A stretch of DNA of 64,000 nucleotides from Adineta vaga. Its lineage: Eukaryota > Animalia > Rotifera. The DNA is taken from the NCBI GenBank assembly GCA_021613535.1, contig CP075497.1, positions 4,774,001-4,838,000 on the forward strand, written 5' to 3'. The position numbers were made by a program, and so were the translations under genes. The notes beneath the pieces are model-generated. The model made no database searches, had not been told where the DNA came from, and was given only the letters and a program-made list of their open reading frames with translations. Positions within the stretch are counted from its first letter, which is position 1. Each line of letters starts with the position of its first letter. Shown here piece after piece: positions 40,934 through 54,400 of this stretch.

Positions 40934-41543
40934 ACGATGATGTTGTTGAAGTTTTTTTCTTATTCTTCTTCGTTCTCAGGAGTGCTATGTTCGCGCTCTC
41001 CTGCGGCAGTTCGACGATCGATGATGAGATGACAACAATAAACACCCGAAGCAAAAAATGCACGACGATGGAATTATACGTGTATGTGTATGTCTTTGTC
41101 GTGATGCACGCAAATACACAGTGAAGAAAAAAAACGAGAGAGAAAGAGAAACAGAGAAGGAGAAAAAAAGTTAGCGAGAGAAAAGAATTGACAAACACAA
41201 ATGATGACGATCGATATGATGACAACGATGATGTCCGATTTCCTTCGCGTTTATTTTTACTCTTATTGCTAGCGGCCAAATTTTATAACAATATGAGTGA
41301 GAGAGAAAGAAGTCAACCTGTATTGATAGAAAAAGAAAATAAATAAATAAATATTTTACATCATACACAAAATAAACGTACGAATTCTGTTCTTCCTTCT
41401 TCTTCCTTTTTTTTGTTCGACAAGCAGAACTTGATGTATGTGCACTGAGCCGAGCGGATTTCTTTTCTCCTACATTTGTTCGTTCTCTGTTTTCGACCAA
41501 TCGTGCCCTAAGGCATGATACAAGCTCGCATAAGCCAATCGGC
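39184..41543. promoter_or_regulatory. Cluster of AP-2 consensus sites GCC(N3-4)GGC within and upstream of TFAP2
   Basis: GCCTTAGGC 39184-92; GCCTAAGGGC 40829-38; GCCCTAAGGC 41505-14; GCCAATCGGC 41534-43. Confidence 0.5.
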
Positions 41544-44500
41544 AAAATTCGCTGCGTCCTCGGGCATCAGCGATTGGGTGAACGATTTTTTTTTCTTCTC
41601 CTTCTCTTCCACTCTCTCTCCTTGTCTTCTTACATCCGTTTTCCTTTTCCTTCTTATACGTTCGATCCAAAATACGAGCGAACGAGAAAAGAAAAATAGC
41701 TGCTACTAATAAACTCATCCTATGATCGATGTGCAAAGATGTTCGTAGTGTGCTGGGTCGTTTCTCTTCTACTTCTTCTTCTTCTTTTTCTTTTCCAAAC
41801 GTTCTGTTGCTATTGCTACCACCACCATCATCATCATCATCATTGATTCCGGCTATTAGTAATAGTAAAGGAAAGAGAAAAAAAGAAGATGCTCGCAACT
41901 AAACCAATATCCGGTGTAGCGGTCAGCATTTGCAAACATGCTTACACGCATAAAACAAAGAATATAGCACCGGAAGCGTGAAACAGAGAGATCTTTCAAT
42001 GACAACAACGTCTACATTTAGACACATACATAGATGGACACAGAAAAATGTCCAAGAGTGTCTCAAGTGTTGTTGTGCGCGATGAAGGGATCAAGAAGAA
42101 AAAAAAGGAAGAAATGAGTAGAATTGATGTTAGTTGTACACGGAAGCATAAACTTAGAAAGAGATATACAACGAGTTTTGAGTTGATTAAATCGTCAGAT
42201 AAGCCGACAAACGACCGAACAGGTGATGGTGATGCATCAAGGTGTATTCAATCTTAAAATCGTAAGCTTCTTTTCAGACAGGTGATGTGATGAGATGCAG
42301 AAAATATCTTCTTCCACAAGAAAAGCATAGAATCTTTTCTTGTTTAAAAATAGAAGAATATTCATCATCATCAGTCTATTGAGAAAATGATAAATTGTTT
42401 TGTTGGATTATAAAAAATCTTAATTGTGATATTCGATCTTCCTCCATGCAATGCTGACTAACTATACAAAAGTATTAAATTTAACTCCATGGATGTGTAT
42501 ACTGATGCAACATTTCTCATATTTTAGATCAATTTAAAAACAATGTTAATCATTCATTTGAGTAGACATCTTGAAATACGATCGGACTAACTTGTCATCT
42601 AATTTTAAATGCTGAAAAATATGTTTCTAAACTTATAAACCATCAAACTTAGAGAAAAAAAGACATTTTTTAAATAAGAAACATATTTCTTTTAATTATT
42701 CTTTAACAAATTTTGCATGTAATCTTCTTTCTTAAATATGAGGAGTTTTTTTTTGACACTCGCTAAGAATGATTATTAGTTTTTGTTAAATAACCATGTT
42801 TCACTTTCTATATTGCTGTTCTGAATAGATAATTTTGAAAACACATACACGCACATATTGCATTCTCTCTCATGGGGAGGCGGCCGAATCACGTAATGCA
42901 TTGACAATCTTCGCATATTCGATTGCGATTTTATTGATTGTGCCTAACGAAGCTTGACGTGGTGTCACGCGCGGTGACATCTTCATAAATTTTCTTCTTC
43001 TTCTTCTATTTCATTTTGTATGTTAATAGATATATACAACGCATTAAGGAAAATGATTTTCACGCCTTGGAAAAACACATTAACTTCTTCTTCGTCGTTG
43101 TCAGACAGATAGTTTTATTGTCGAAAAAAAGAAGATGCTCATTGGCGTTACCGAATTGCTATGTAGTTTATCGACTTTATATCTAAATACCCTCTAGCGA
43201 CAGATATAGTAAAGAATTGATTCAAAGAACGTGTGGCAGATTTTATCTTTTTAACGATGCAAGTCAGTCTAAGAAGGTGCGATATTTTCAATTGACAAGT
43301 CTAGTTAGCTTTATTTTATAATATACATAGACGAAAAGATGCTTTATTTATTATACAAATTTTTCTCATTAGAATCGGAAGAAATATGACACACACGTTC
43401 AAGTAGTTACTGTTTGTTCATTAGAAGATAATAGAAGCATGAAAATGCGGCAGTATATCTTCTCGTTTTGTAATCTGAGCGAAGTGAATCTCATCTATCT
43501 TCAGAAGAAGAAGAAGAAATGATTGTATATATATTTAAAGAAGTCGGGTTCCGCTTTTTTGCAATTCATAATAAATAATCAAACTCACCTGATGGTATGG
43601 CAAAAGCACCATATTAAATTTGTTGTTGTTCGTTTATATGAATAATTTTTATGATATGGCCTTAAGACAAGTTTACAAATAGGAAATCGTTTCTTTTTCT
43701 TCGTATCAATACAGTCATTGGTCAATATATTTAGAGTTTATATTAATGATTTTTCTTCGTTCTCTCTCTCCCTCTCTCTCTCTCTTCTCCCTTTCTTCTT
43801 CCTATTGGAGGTATCAATCGAACAAGAAGTTTCTTCTCTTTTTTTATGTTGTAGAAATACAGTTAGCTTTAATATTTGAAGTTCATCTTATGAATTTGAT
43901 TCTGTTTTATTGAGAAAAATAAGGCTGGGAAAAGATTATCAATCATTACCTCCTCCCGATCAATAAGCACTCCTTGCACTTTTTGAGTACGTCATTGAAC
44001 TAGTTGTTACTGGTGTATATATGCCGACTTTGCTTCTATACACTTTTCACATCATACATTTAAAGCTACTGATCATTGTTGTCGAGAATAAGTGGCTCTC
44101 TTTTCTGATAGTGCGCTTAGATTTGATATTGATAATAACAATTTAACATTGAAAGTAAAAGGAAAGTCGTTCCACTTAATGGCGACAAGACTTTTTTTTC
44201 TTAATCATGTCGCATTGAATGATTGAATTGAATCTATATTAAAATGAAAAACTAAAGCTTTCAATTTTTATTTTCAATACATTGACAAGAAAAATCAATC
44301 ATCGTTCATATAATGATGTGTGAAATGTAATCATGAATATGTATTGATAGTGCTGAATTTTATATTGTTATTCAAGCTAAAACACCTTTCACTATCTAAA
44401 CAAAAGCTCGTGTCTGAGAAAAAACACAAAATGACGAGAATAATGTTTTAAAATAACAATCAATAGTGAGTGATTTTTTCAAGATATTTTTGTTTTCAAA

Positions 44501-45983
44501 TAATCACAGACATATACATCGACATTTTCTCTTTCACTAGTTAGTGGCGTCAGTGAAAAACATCCGGAAATGGATATATATATATGTGCCTCGTCGAAAT
44601 ATTCAATGCAGGAAATAGATTCAAAACAGAAAAACTAATAATAACAACGACATACTCCGTCAATTTAGCTCAAAAACATTCTTTTAAACGAACTAATTAG
44701 AGAGATAGATATAAATAATGTCTATCCTGCTGTGCACATGCCAGCTCACATTCTTTTCCTACGTTTGATCTCCATGTAATATGACATCATACATACACAT
44801 ATATGATTATGTCGTCGTTCAAGATGACTCGTTTTGCTTTTGGTGCCTTTTAATCAAATCAAATTGGTCGTATGTATCTATCTATTGAGTTCTCGATCAA
44901 CAAGTCTCTTGCTGAGATACATCAATGCCGCATATTCGTTTGATAGTTCATATATAAATACAATTTTCTTCATCGAGTATTTTGACTCTTATGATGAATT
45001 GTAAGAAAATAGAATGAGTGAATAGGGGAGTCCATTGATGGTCAATTGACGAACGAAGAAAATGACACTTAACACAAATATGTGAAGATGATATCAACAA
45101 AAAAGTATCTTATTGAAAAATCTTAATTGAAATGTGCCCAGCTTGTTATATAGGATATCAGATCGAATAAAATCATCGACCTTACGAAGTGAATGATGGC
45201 TGAAAACTCGTATATGAAAGGTAAGCATGCAAGAATAAAACAAGGACGTCAATGATATAATAAACACGATTCATTTTATTCATAATATCTATAAATTAAG
45301 ATCTATATCAATCTAATAAATTCTTTTCTTTTTTCAGTTATTACTATTTACAATACGAAATGAAAACTCACTAGTTAGTCCAGCTGTCGTTTGTGTTAAC
45401 TGAATTCTCGACTAACAATTGTCTAGTCATTCGTTCTCTATTATTTTATATTGATGATCATCGAGTGTTTGCTTCTTCTATGTATATTTGTACGGGTTAG
45501 TTCAAGCACGAAATTGCACATGTGTATATGTATGGTTGTATAGAAAAGATACAAGCAAAAGGAGATGAAACCTGTAATAGCTTATATTAGACATTAGTAT
45601 ACGGACGAATGCATTTCTTTGGATGATTGTTCGTTTTTATATATAGATCTATAATCTCTTTTCATGATTCTGATAAAAAAAAGAGAGACATACACATACA
45701 TCTGGATATGTCTTATCAGTAGAAAGATTTCCGTTATGCTCTGATATGAATACAAGAAAGTATTATTATCAACATCATCATCATCATCATCAGAAGAAGA
45801 AGAATTTAGAAGAGAAAATGAAAAAGATATAAAGATTGTTTACGAGTTACTGATCAATGAATTGATTAAAAATTTTTTTTTTACTTTCACCGATCTTCGT
45901 AGAATATTTGATTCTATATTGTAAGAGAAATATGAAAAATATCTCAAAAGATTAAAAAAAACTGAAATAATAACAATTGTAAT

Positions 45984-46955
45984 TTAAAAATAATCACCTT
46001 GCCAAAACGTCGCATGTCCACTTAGATAAGCATCTTTTATTTTGTCTAAAATTTGTTGTGATAATCGAATATTTCGAATCATGGTATGATCATTTTTACT
46101 GACAGTTACAACACCAGCCCATTGATCTAATTCTTCTAAACTCATATATTGTGGTACAGTATGAAAACGAATGGTTTTGATCTGTGGATGTCGTCGATGA
46201 ATTTCATTTGCTGCTAATTTTAACAATTTCTTTTCCATATCAGCATTTGATGCTCGCCATTCTGATACATAGATATTTTCTACATTGTCTGGATGAGTAA
46301 TAACAACATAACTTTGTTCTGATAATAAGTATATAATTGTATTTTCTTTTCGCCAATTCCAACCAACCCAATGTTCAAACATGTTTACTGGCGATCGATT
46401 AAATTGATAAGTTCGAGGTTTAGTTGAATGAATATCGAGTAGAAGTTGACAATTCGATGAGAGTAGATTATTTATTGAACACCAATGTTGATGATTATCT
46501 CCTGATGAACTAAAATGATTCCATTGAACACTAATCGGTGATGGTAAAGAGATTGGTTCCCAACCAAGAACTGCATAATGTTTCGGTCGTCCAGTACCTA
46601 ATACTGATATATCAAATTGTTTACTTTGTTCCATCTTTTCAATAGCCATTCGTAATAATTCACGTGAATAGCCATGTCTTCGATGTTCTTCTAAAGTTGC
46701 AACATTTGCTATTGCACCACATAGATATTCTGTATTATCATCACGAGATCGAATATATAGACGTCGAATATGTACTGCACTAACAAGTTTCTCATCGAAC
46801 CAAGCACCTAAAGTGTCACCTTGTTGATAGAAAGGTGATGCTTCTTCAGTGAAATAACGTTCGAAATATCCTGGTTGAGTTTTAAATACGGCATACCATA
46901 AATCGATCGCTTGTTGTTGTTCATGTTTTTCAACAGGACGATAAATAACTGACAT
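45984..46955 (-). CDS. GNAT-family N-acetyltransferase (Eis/Acetyltransf_9-like N-terminal domain), intronless, probably non-metazoan in origin
   Basis: 323-aa single ORF. LVSAVHI...GAIANVATLEEHRRHGYSRELL (acetyl-CoA motif A) and HYAVLGWE (motif B). Confidence 0.85.
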   Translation of the reverse strand: MSVIYRPVEKHEQQQAIDLWYAVFKTQPGYFERYFTEEASPFYQQGDTLGAWFDEKLVSAVHIRRLYIRSRDDNTEYLCGAIANVATLEEHRRHGYSRELLRMAIEKMEQSKQFDISVLGTGRPKHYAVLGWEPISLPSPISVQWNHFSSSGDNHQHWCSINNLLSSNCQLLLDIHSTKPRTYQFNRSPVNMFEHWVGWNWRKENTIIYLLSEQSYVVITHPDNVENIYVSEWRASNADMEKKLLKLAANEIHRRHPQIKTIRFHTVPQYMSLEELDQWAGVVTVSKNDHTMIRNIRLSQQILDKIKDAYLSGHATFWQGDYF

Positions 46956-47665
46956 GTTAATTTTCTCTACTTAAATGAATACTATCTAAGAAAGATAAAT
47001 TACTAATAAGAGAAAAGAGAATAGTATATCAAATCTATTGAATATCAGTCTGAATGACAACGAATTATTTAATCGTCGTTACATTTATAAAGTAAACTTT
47101 GCATCTATACTCTATGTTATGACTAAATTCTTTCTCGTGTACAAAGTCTGCTTTTCACCTATATATGCTCTACCGTTAGAGTAGATATTTAGTCTTTATC
47201 ATAAAATAGAAAAAAAGCGTTATTTACGTATAACAAAGATACGGTTGTTTTGTGTTTGTAAGTGTACTTTGTACTTCTACTTTGGAGTCATAGACTCGCG
47301 TATATTGCCCTTTTGAGTGAAAGTTATTATTCTATATATAGACAAATATTTCGAAAGTAAAGATGGAAAAGTTCCAAGAATATGAGGTGTCGCTGACTCT
47401 ATTGAAGGAGATATTAAAGGATAAAAAGTTTACTATTTGTCCTACAACGGATAATGTTGTAAACTTATACTTTTTTTTTACATATTTCAATGATTCATAA
47501 CGGGATATTTTGATGTCACTCCCTTTTCTAGAATGGAAACTTCTGAAATAAAAGACAATAAAAATTTTGAGTATTTTCTTTCAAACCCATGCTTGAATAT
47601 ATATAAAAAAAACTTCAAATATCTGTCAAAATCATATAGAAAATCAGTTTAAAATACAATTCATC

Positions 47666-50600
47666 TTATCCTGTATTTCTAAGACCTGCTGCAATTCCTG
47701 CCATAGTAGTCATCATTGCTCTGGAAATATCTGCTGGTATATCATTCTTATTCTTATTAAGATTTCGTTGCATTAATTCAGCTTGTAAGCCATGCAATGG
47801 TTCAATGTAAAGATTACGTAATGAAATAATATGTGCAAGTTGTGGTGCTCGTTCTAATATCTCTTTCTGATCCGTAATATGAAGAACAAGTTCACGTATA
47901 TGATGAAGTCTTTCACGTAAAGATTCACTTAATTTTTGCATGGACGAATTTGGTTCAATGAGTCGTTGTTCATAGTAGGCAGTAATATCTGTATCTGCTT
48001 TAGCAAGAACCATTTCAAGCATATTTATATACATTCGAAAGAAAGGCCATGATTTAGTCATTTCACGTAAACGTTCAATACCATCTTGATTTGTTTTGAG
48101 ATATTCATCGAATGCATCGTCTGTACCTAACCATGCAGGTAACATGAGTCGAATTTGTCTATAAAAAATCGATATGAATAAAGTAGAATCGAACTTTATG
48201 GATAGTTATACGTACGTCCATGCAAATATCCAAGGAATAGCTCGTAATGTTTCAACACCACCATCTTGTTTACGTTTAGCTGGTCGAGAACCAAGTGGAA
48301 GTTGTGAAAGTGCATTCAATGGAGTAATTCTTCGGAAATATGGAACAAAATCTGGATTCTTACGAATAATTGAATTGTAAGTTTGATGTGCTCGACTTGC
48401 TAATTTGTTCATTTCTTCACGCCAAGTCTCTTTTAATGTTGGCATTGGTAGTAAAGTTGCCTCTAAAACAGCACTGGCATAGATTTCCATGGATAGAACA
48501 GCTAAACCAGGTAAACCGAATTTAAATCGAATCATTTCACCTTGTTCTGTTACACGAATACTATTGTTAACTGAACCGGGTGGTTGTGATAAAATAGCTA
48601 AGAGATAAACGATCAAAATCCTCTGTTTATCTATATTTCTTCAATATACCTGCACGTGCTGGACCACCACCTCTACCAACGGTACCACCACGACCATGAA
48701 ATAATGTTAATGCAACACTATGCTTTTGACATACTTCTAATAAACGTTCTTGAGCTCGATATTGTGCCCAAGCAGCTGCTAATTGACTAAAATAGAAAAA
48801 AACACAAGAAGATTTCTTTTGACTACAGAAATCTTTATCTTTATCTTTACCCTGCATCTTTCGCTGAATCAGAATATCCAATCATAACTTCTTGTTTATT
48901 ATTAATAAGTTCTCGATAACCTTCAATAGATAACAATCGATCAATAACAACACTTGAACGATCCAAATCATCCAATGTTTCAAATAATGGTGCAATCTTT
49001 GATAGAATACTCGGATAAGAAATGAACAACATCACAAAGAATTCTTACGGGTAATGTTTTTCCATTGGCCATTTCTTTCATAAATAATGCAACTATTAAG
49101 ACATCTGATGGTTGTCCTGCCATTGATATGACATAAGTTCCTAGTGCTTCTTTACTATGTTTTCTTCCAATAATTTGAAACGTATCTAAAACTTCTTGAG
49201 TATCTGCTGTCCATTTTTGTCGATACGGTATCAATGGTCGTTTAGAAACAAGTTCTTGAAGTAAAAAAGTTTGTTTTTTCTCTTCATTCCATTCCGAATA
49301 TTTCTCTTCATTAGGAAGAATAAGTGATAAAATTTCTTCTAAAGCTTCCGTATGTCGTGTAGATTCTTGTCGTAAATCAAGTTTTGTTAGAGTAACACCA
49401 AAACAAGCTAAACGACGTAGTGTATCCAATAAGATACCATTAGCAATCAGATTCAGTTTATTTTCACATAATGATCGATAACAAATTTCTAAAGGTTCTT
49501 GTAATTGTTTATATGAATGAATTAAATTAGTATTTTCAGGAATTTCAAACGTTTTTGCATCTAATTGAGCTTTTAACCAATCACGTGTTGTTCGAGTTTG
49601 ATGTATTAATCGTTTTAAAAGAACTCGATAAGGTTCCTTTGCATTTTTATCATCGATTAAATTCAATAACTCATCTCTATAAATTAAAAAAGAAAAAGAG
49701 TTGTGAAATCCATTCTTTCTTTCTAGAAATGTTGTGTAACATACGAAGCTTTAGTCATGGATAATTGATCTTTAAGATTTTCCAAATCAGAAATATAAAG
49801 TTCAGCTGCTTGCCAACGTGCAAGTAATAAAACTTCTGTAGTTACAGTAGCAGTTACATTTGGATTACCCTAAATAATGTTAACAATCATCACGAATGAA
49901 TACTAGTTATGCGAGTAAAGACTTACATCTCGATCACCACCCATCCATGATGCAAATCGAATTGGTGAGGCATACAATGGTAAACGTTTACCAGTTGTTT
50001 CAAGAAGTAAATGATCGAGATTTCGTGAAAAAGTTGGAAGTGCTTTCCAAAGAGATGTTTCAATAACAGCAAAGCCCCATTTTGCTTCTACGAAATCAAA
50101 AGATATGAATGAATATCAATCGTTTTCATACAAAAGCACAGATTTTACCATCAACAGGTGATGGTTTTTCGGTTCGAAATTCATTCGTATGCCATGCTTG
50201 ACTAATTAATTCTTCTAAACGTTCCTTGGTACGTTGAACCGTTCTAGAAATAGATCTGGTATCATTTTCAATATTTAACATTTCAAGTACTCCTAAACAT
50301 TCTTCAATCAAATCATATTTTCGAATTAATGTTCGTCGTATTGTTTCTGTTGGATGTGCAGTTAAAACTAAGTCAATCCTCATTTTCGAAAATGTTTCAT
50401 ATAGTAATTCTTTTGCATTGTTCTTTTCTTTTTCAACATGTTTAAATACATCGATAAGTGATATACCATTAGCTCCACTACGATTGTAATCATCGATTCT
50501 TTTCGAATGAACTCGATGATGTTGTTCAGCAATATTAGTTAATTGAAGAAATTGATTAAATGCACGTGCTACCGGTAAGAAATGTTTCTCGGGAAGATTG

Positions 50601-50982
50601 CGTAAATAATTATGCAGTTGTGCTCCATTATCTTGTCGTTTTGCATAAGTACGAATTGTTTCGATTTTTCTAAGAAAATCTTCACCTAAATCATGAACAA
50701 TCGTTCTTCCAAGACTATCACCAAGTAATCGAATGTTAGCACGAAGTGATTCATCAACGAGATTATTTTCATTTTTGGGAGCTGGTGAATCTTTGGACGA
50801 TGCAAAAATATCCCATTGATCAACTACAATCGAAAAGAATTTTAGTTATTTCGGTATAAACAGAAGTAGATGAAAATCAATGTCTAGTATAACTTACTAT
50901 TATTATTATTATTATTCAAAAATCTGAATTGATCTTTCACATTTGTCGATGATAATAAAAGACACCGGGAAGTACGAAGCAT
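47666..50982 (-). CDS. ppc: Phosphoenolpyruvate carboxylase, bacterial (gammaproteobacterial-like) type, 9 exons
   Basis: Phase-consistent exons 50898-50982, 50149-50823, 49927-50087, 49745-49869, 49049-49676, 48851-48996, 48650-48786, 48216-48597, 47666-48158. Motifs [78 protein letters not shown]. Confidence 0.96.
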
Positions 50983-51482
50983 CCTATCCTGTTATCCACA
51001 GTCACTGTATATTATTGATATCAGATAAATTCTACTCTCTCACTCACTCTTAATTCAGTTTATAGTCACCACTTCTATTGTGTAGTATTTTTTCTAAGAC
51101 ATTCCTATCGTTCAGACAAAAACCAATCGTTTTTTCTCTCTTTTGAAAGAAAAAAAAAGAATAAATAAATAGTAGCATATATACATTTTGCTAAAGAGGT
51201 CACTATTTACGTCTCATAGTTGAAATCGATTCATATATGTTTATAAATTTTCAAAACATCCATTTTTTAAAGTTATAGAAACTTATGTAAAAATCTCTTT
51301 ATATAATTATTCATATATATGTATATAATTAAGAATAAAAAACGAATCGTATGAAAAGAAATACATGACACATGAGCACACAATTTGCTGAGTAAAACAT
51401 AAGACACTGTTTCAAAATGCATATCAAAATGACAAAGAATACCCGATAGAAAGGAAATAAGAATGAATAGAAAAGAATCTTT

Positions 51483-54400
51483 TCAAATACTGTATTCTCG
51501 TGATGTTGAACTCATTGCTGAGGACGATATTATCGATGAATGTTTAGGATAATTTACAGTTGTTGGTGGAGGAGGTGGTGGTGTATCAATTGAATCGTAA
51601 GTTAAATAAGTCGATTGTAAATCTGCGACAGGTCTCCTCGTTAATGATTGTACAGTTTTTCTAAAATTCGAATGAGTTGATGACGTCGACGATGTTGCAG
51701 GTGAATGAAATGTTTTTAAATGATGTGGTTGTTGTTGAATATTATCATCATTATGACCAGTTGATTGATGAATACCTACAGTAACAGCCGTAGATGATTT
51801 GTTATTAAAGGATGATTGATGTCGTTGAGCTGGTACAGCATAATCAACACTTGTTGAACTTAAACTTGATGAACGATGTTGAGCAGTAAGGAGAGGTCGT
51901 GCAACAGCGTGAGCACTTGAACTTGATCGAGATAAATCATTACTTCCATAACAACTATCTTCCGAACTTCCAGCACTACCACTACCAACACACGTTTTTA
52001 TATCATCATAAGGTTCAAGATGATGATGTCCAATTGCTTTCTAAAAGAAAACAAAACATTATATATATATGTCACTTTAAGTTAACTAGATGTGGCATAT
52101 ATCATGTCAATATATTTTACGGCTCATTTCATTGATGTTTCATAAACAAAACGGACTAACAAATATTAATAATTATGTAAACAGAAAATGTATATTCTTT
52201 TCCATATATGATCATTTGTTGTTCAAATGTTAAAGAGTATTCTAACCTTTTGATCGAATTTAACTATCGATATTCGGATTAAACTCTATCAATGTTCACA
52301 CAGTTAGATTAAGTGATATATAAAAAGGTAACCTTTAGATCAAATTAAAAGACATGATATAATCGAACATACTTTCGTTGCTGTTAGAAGTTTGTCAGCA
52401 TCCGTTGATTGAAGTAATTCACATGGTTTTGTTAATGATGCTCGATGTAAATGTCGACAACGTTTTTGTTTACAAAAAAAAGCGATTAAAATTCCCATTG
52501 TAATACTAAAGATTAATGTTAATATTGTCGATATGATTACAACAAGAATCATTTCACGTGTAAAAATCGTATCTTGTTCGTGTGAATATTCTTTTCGTTG
52601 AATATCATCTTTTGATAATTGTTCAGATGTTAATGAAGCTGTATAAAATAATTTCTCACTATATTCACCAATTTTTATATTAACGTTTGTTGTTGAACAT
52701 TTAGAAATTGATTCACCTTGATCACATACTTTTATTGTTAAACGATGATGTCCTTGTGGTAAATTATTAGATTGACCATAGATTGTTCCATTATATTCAT
52801 TGATATGAAAGTATTCATTTTGATTGCCATCAATTATAGTATAAGTTAAGTTTCCATTCATTCCATCATCACGATCGTGTGCATTGATTGTTGTAATCAT
52901 AATGATTTTTGTTACATTTGTTGGTACTAATTCACTTGGAATATAGATTGCCGATGGCGAATCAATAATTGGTGCATTATCATTGATATCAATTAATTCA
53001 ATTGTAACTGTAATACGATCCGAATGACGAGAATCATTATCTTTAGCAGTTATATATAATCGATGTATAGGATGATTTTCATAATCAAGTAAAGCTTTCG
53101 TACGTAATTGTCCATTTAATAGATTGATTTCAAAAACATCTTGATCATCAATACATGTTAATTCATAATGAATTGTTGTATTCATATCACGATCAATTGC
53201 TTTAACTTGACCAATTAATGTTCCAATAGGAATATTTTCTTGAACATGATAGGAATAAGATTCTTGTTCAAATTTTGGTCGATTATCATTCGTATCATTT
53301 ATATAGACAATGAATGAATGAAGAGTTTCAAGACGTTGAGGATGTGTACCATGATCACTAATATTTAATATTAAATCATATTTCGATTGAGATTCATAAT
53401 CAAATGAAATATTATTTCCAACAGAAAGAATTCCAGTACGAGAATCGATTTGAAATAATTGAGAATTATTTGATAGAATAAGAGAATATGTTAACAGACT
53501 ATTTGATGTATTCGGTGCATCAAGATCTTGTGCATGAAATTGAACGAGTTGAGTATTTGGAAGATTATTTTCATTAATACTTATCGGTGTAGGATATGGA
53601 TCAAGTATTGGTGGAGAATCATTAATATCAATAAGAAGAATCGTAATATCTTTTTGCGTAGTTAATGATGGTCCAGTACCTGGATAAGAGACAAAAAATG
53701 ATGGTCTTTTTTGTTTCGAAAAAAAAACGAGCAAAATTTTCTTACCTTGATCTCTTGCTTCAAATGTCAAACGATATTGTTCTTGTTGTTCTCTATCAAG
53801 TCTTCCAATGATCGATAAACTATATAGATCATTAAATTGTTCATTTAATTGAAATAGATTATTATATGTTAATAATTTCAAGATGATTTTATCATTGATA
53901 GAATCTTTATCACTAACACTTAAATGGAATAAACGTGTATTTACAGGTTGTTCTTCTTCAATATAGAAAATATGTTTTCGTGGATCAATTTTACTGGGAT
54001 CAGCGTCCGGTAAAATAAAATCAATATCTGGTGGACAATCGTTAACATCAAGAATATCAATTTGAATTTGTGTATAAACATTTATTGCATCCGGTCCATT
54101 ATCTCGTGCGCGTATATTGAATCGATAGCTTGTTTCATGTTCATAATCTAGCATTTGACGAACTTTAATAACACCTGTTGTTACATTGATTTCAAATGGA
54201 AATGATGACGATGGTGTATCGGTAATAATTGTATAATTTATTAACGAATTCAATCCTTCATCATTATCATAAGCATGTATATGAAGAATATCTGTTCCAA
54301 TTAGTGTATCTTCACGCAATTTTATATGATATTGTTCATGTTCAAATTTTGGAACATTATCATTTGAATCAAGAACTTGAATGTCAAGTGATAGTGTACC

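Noticed and set aside
45984-50982. Bacterial contamination as the source of ppc and GNAT
   Set aside because: ppc has eight spliceosomal introns, and both genes share host-like AT-rich codon usage and flanks.
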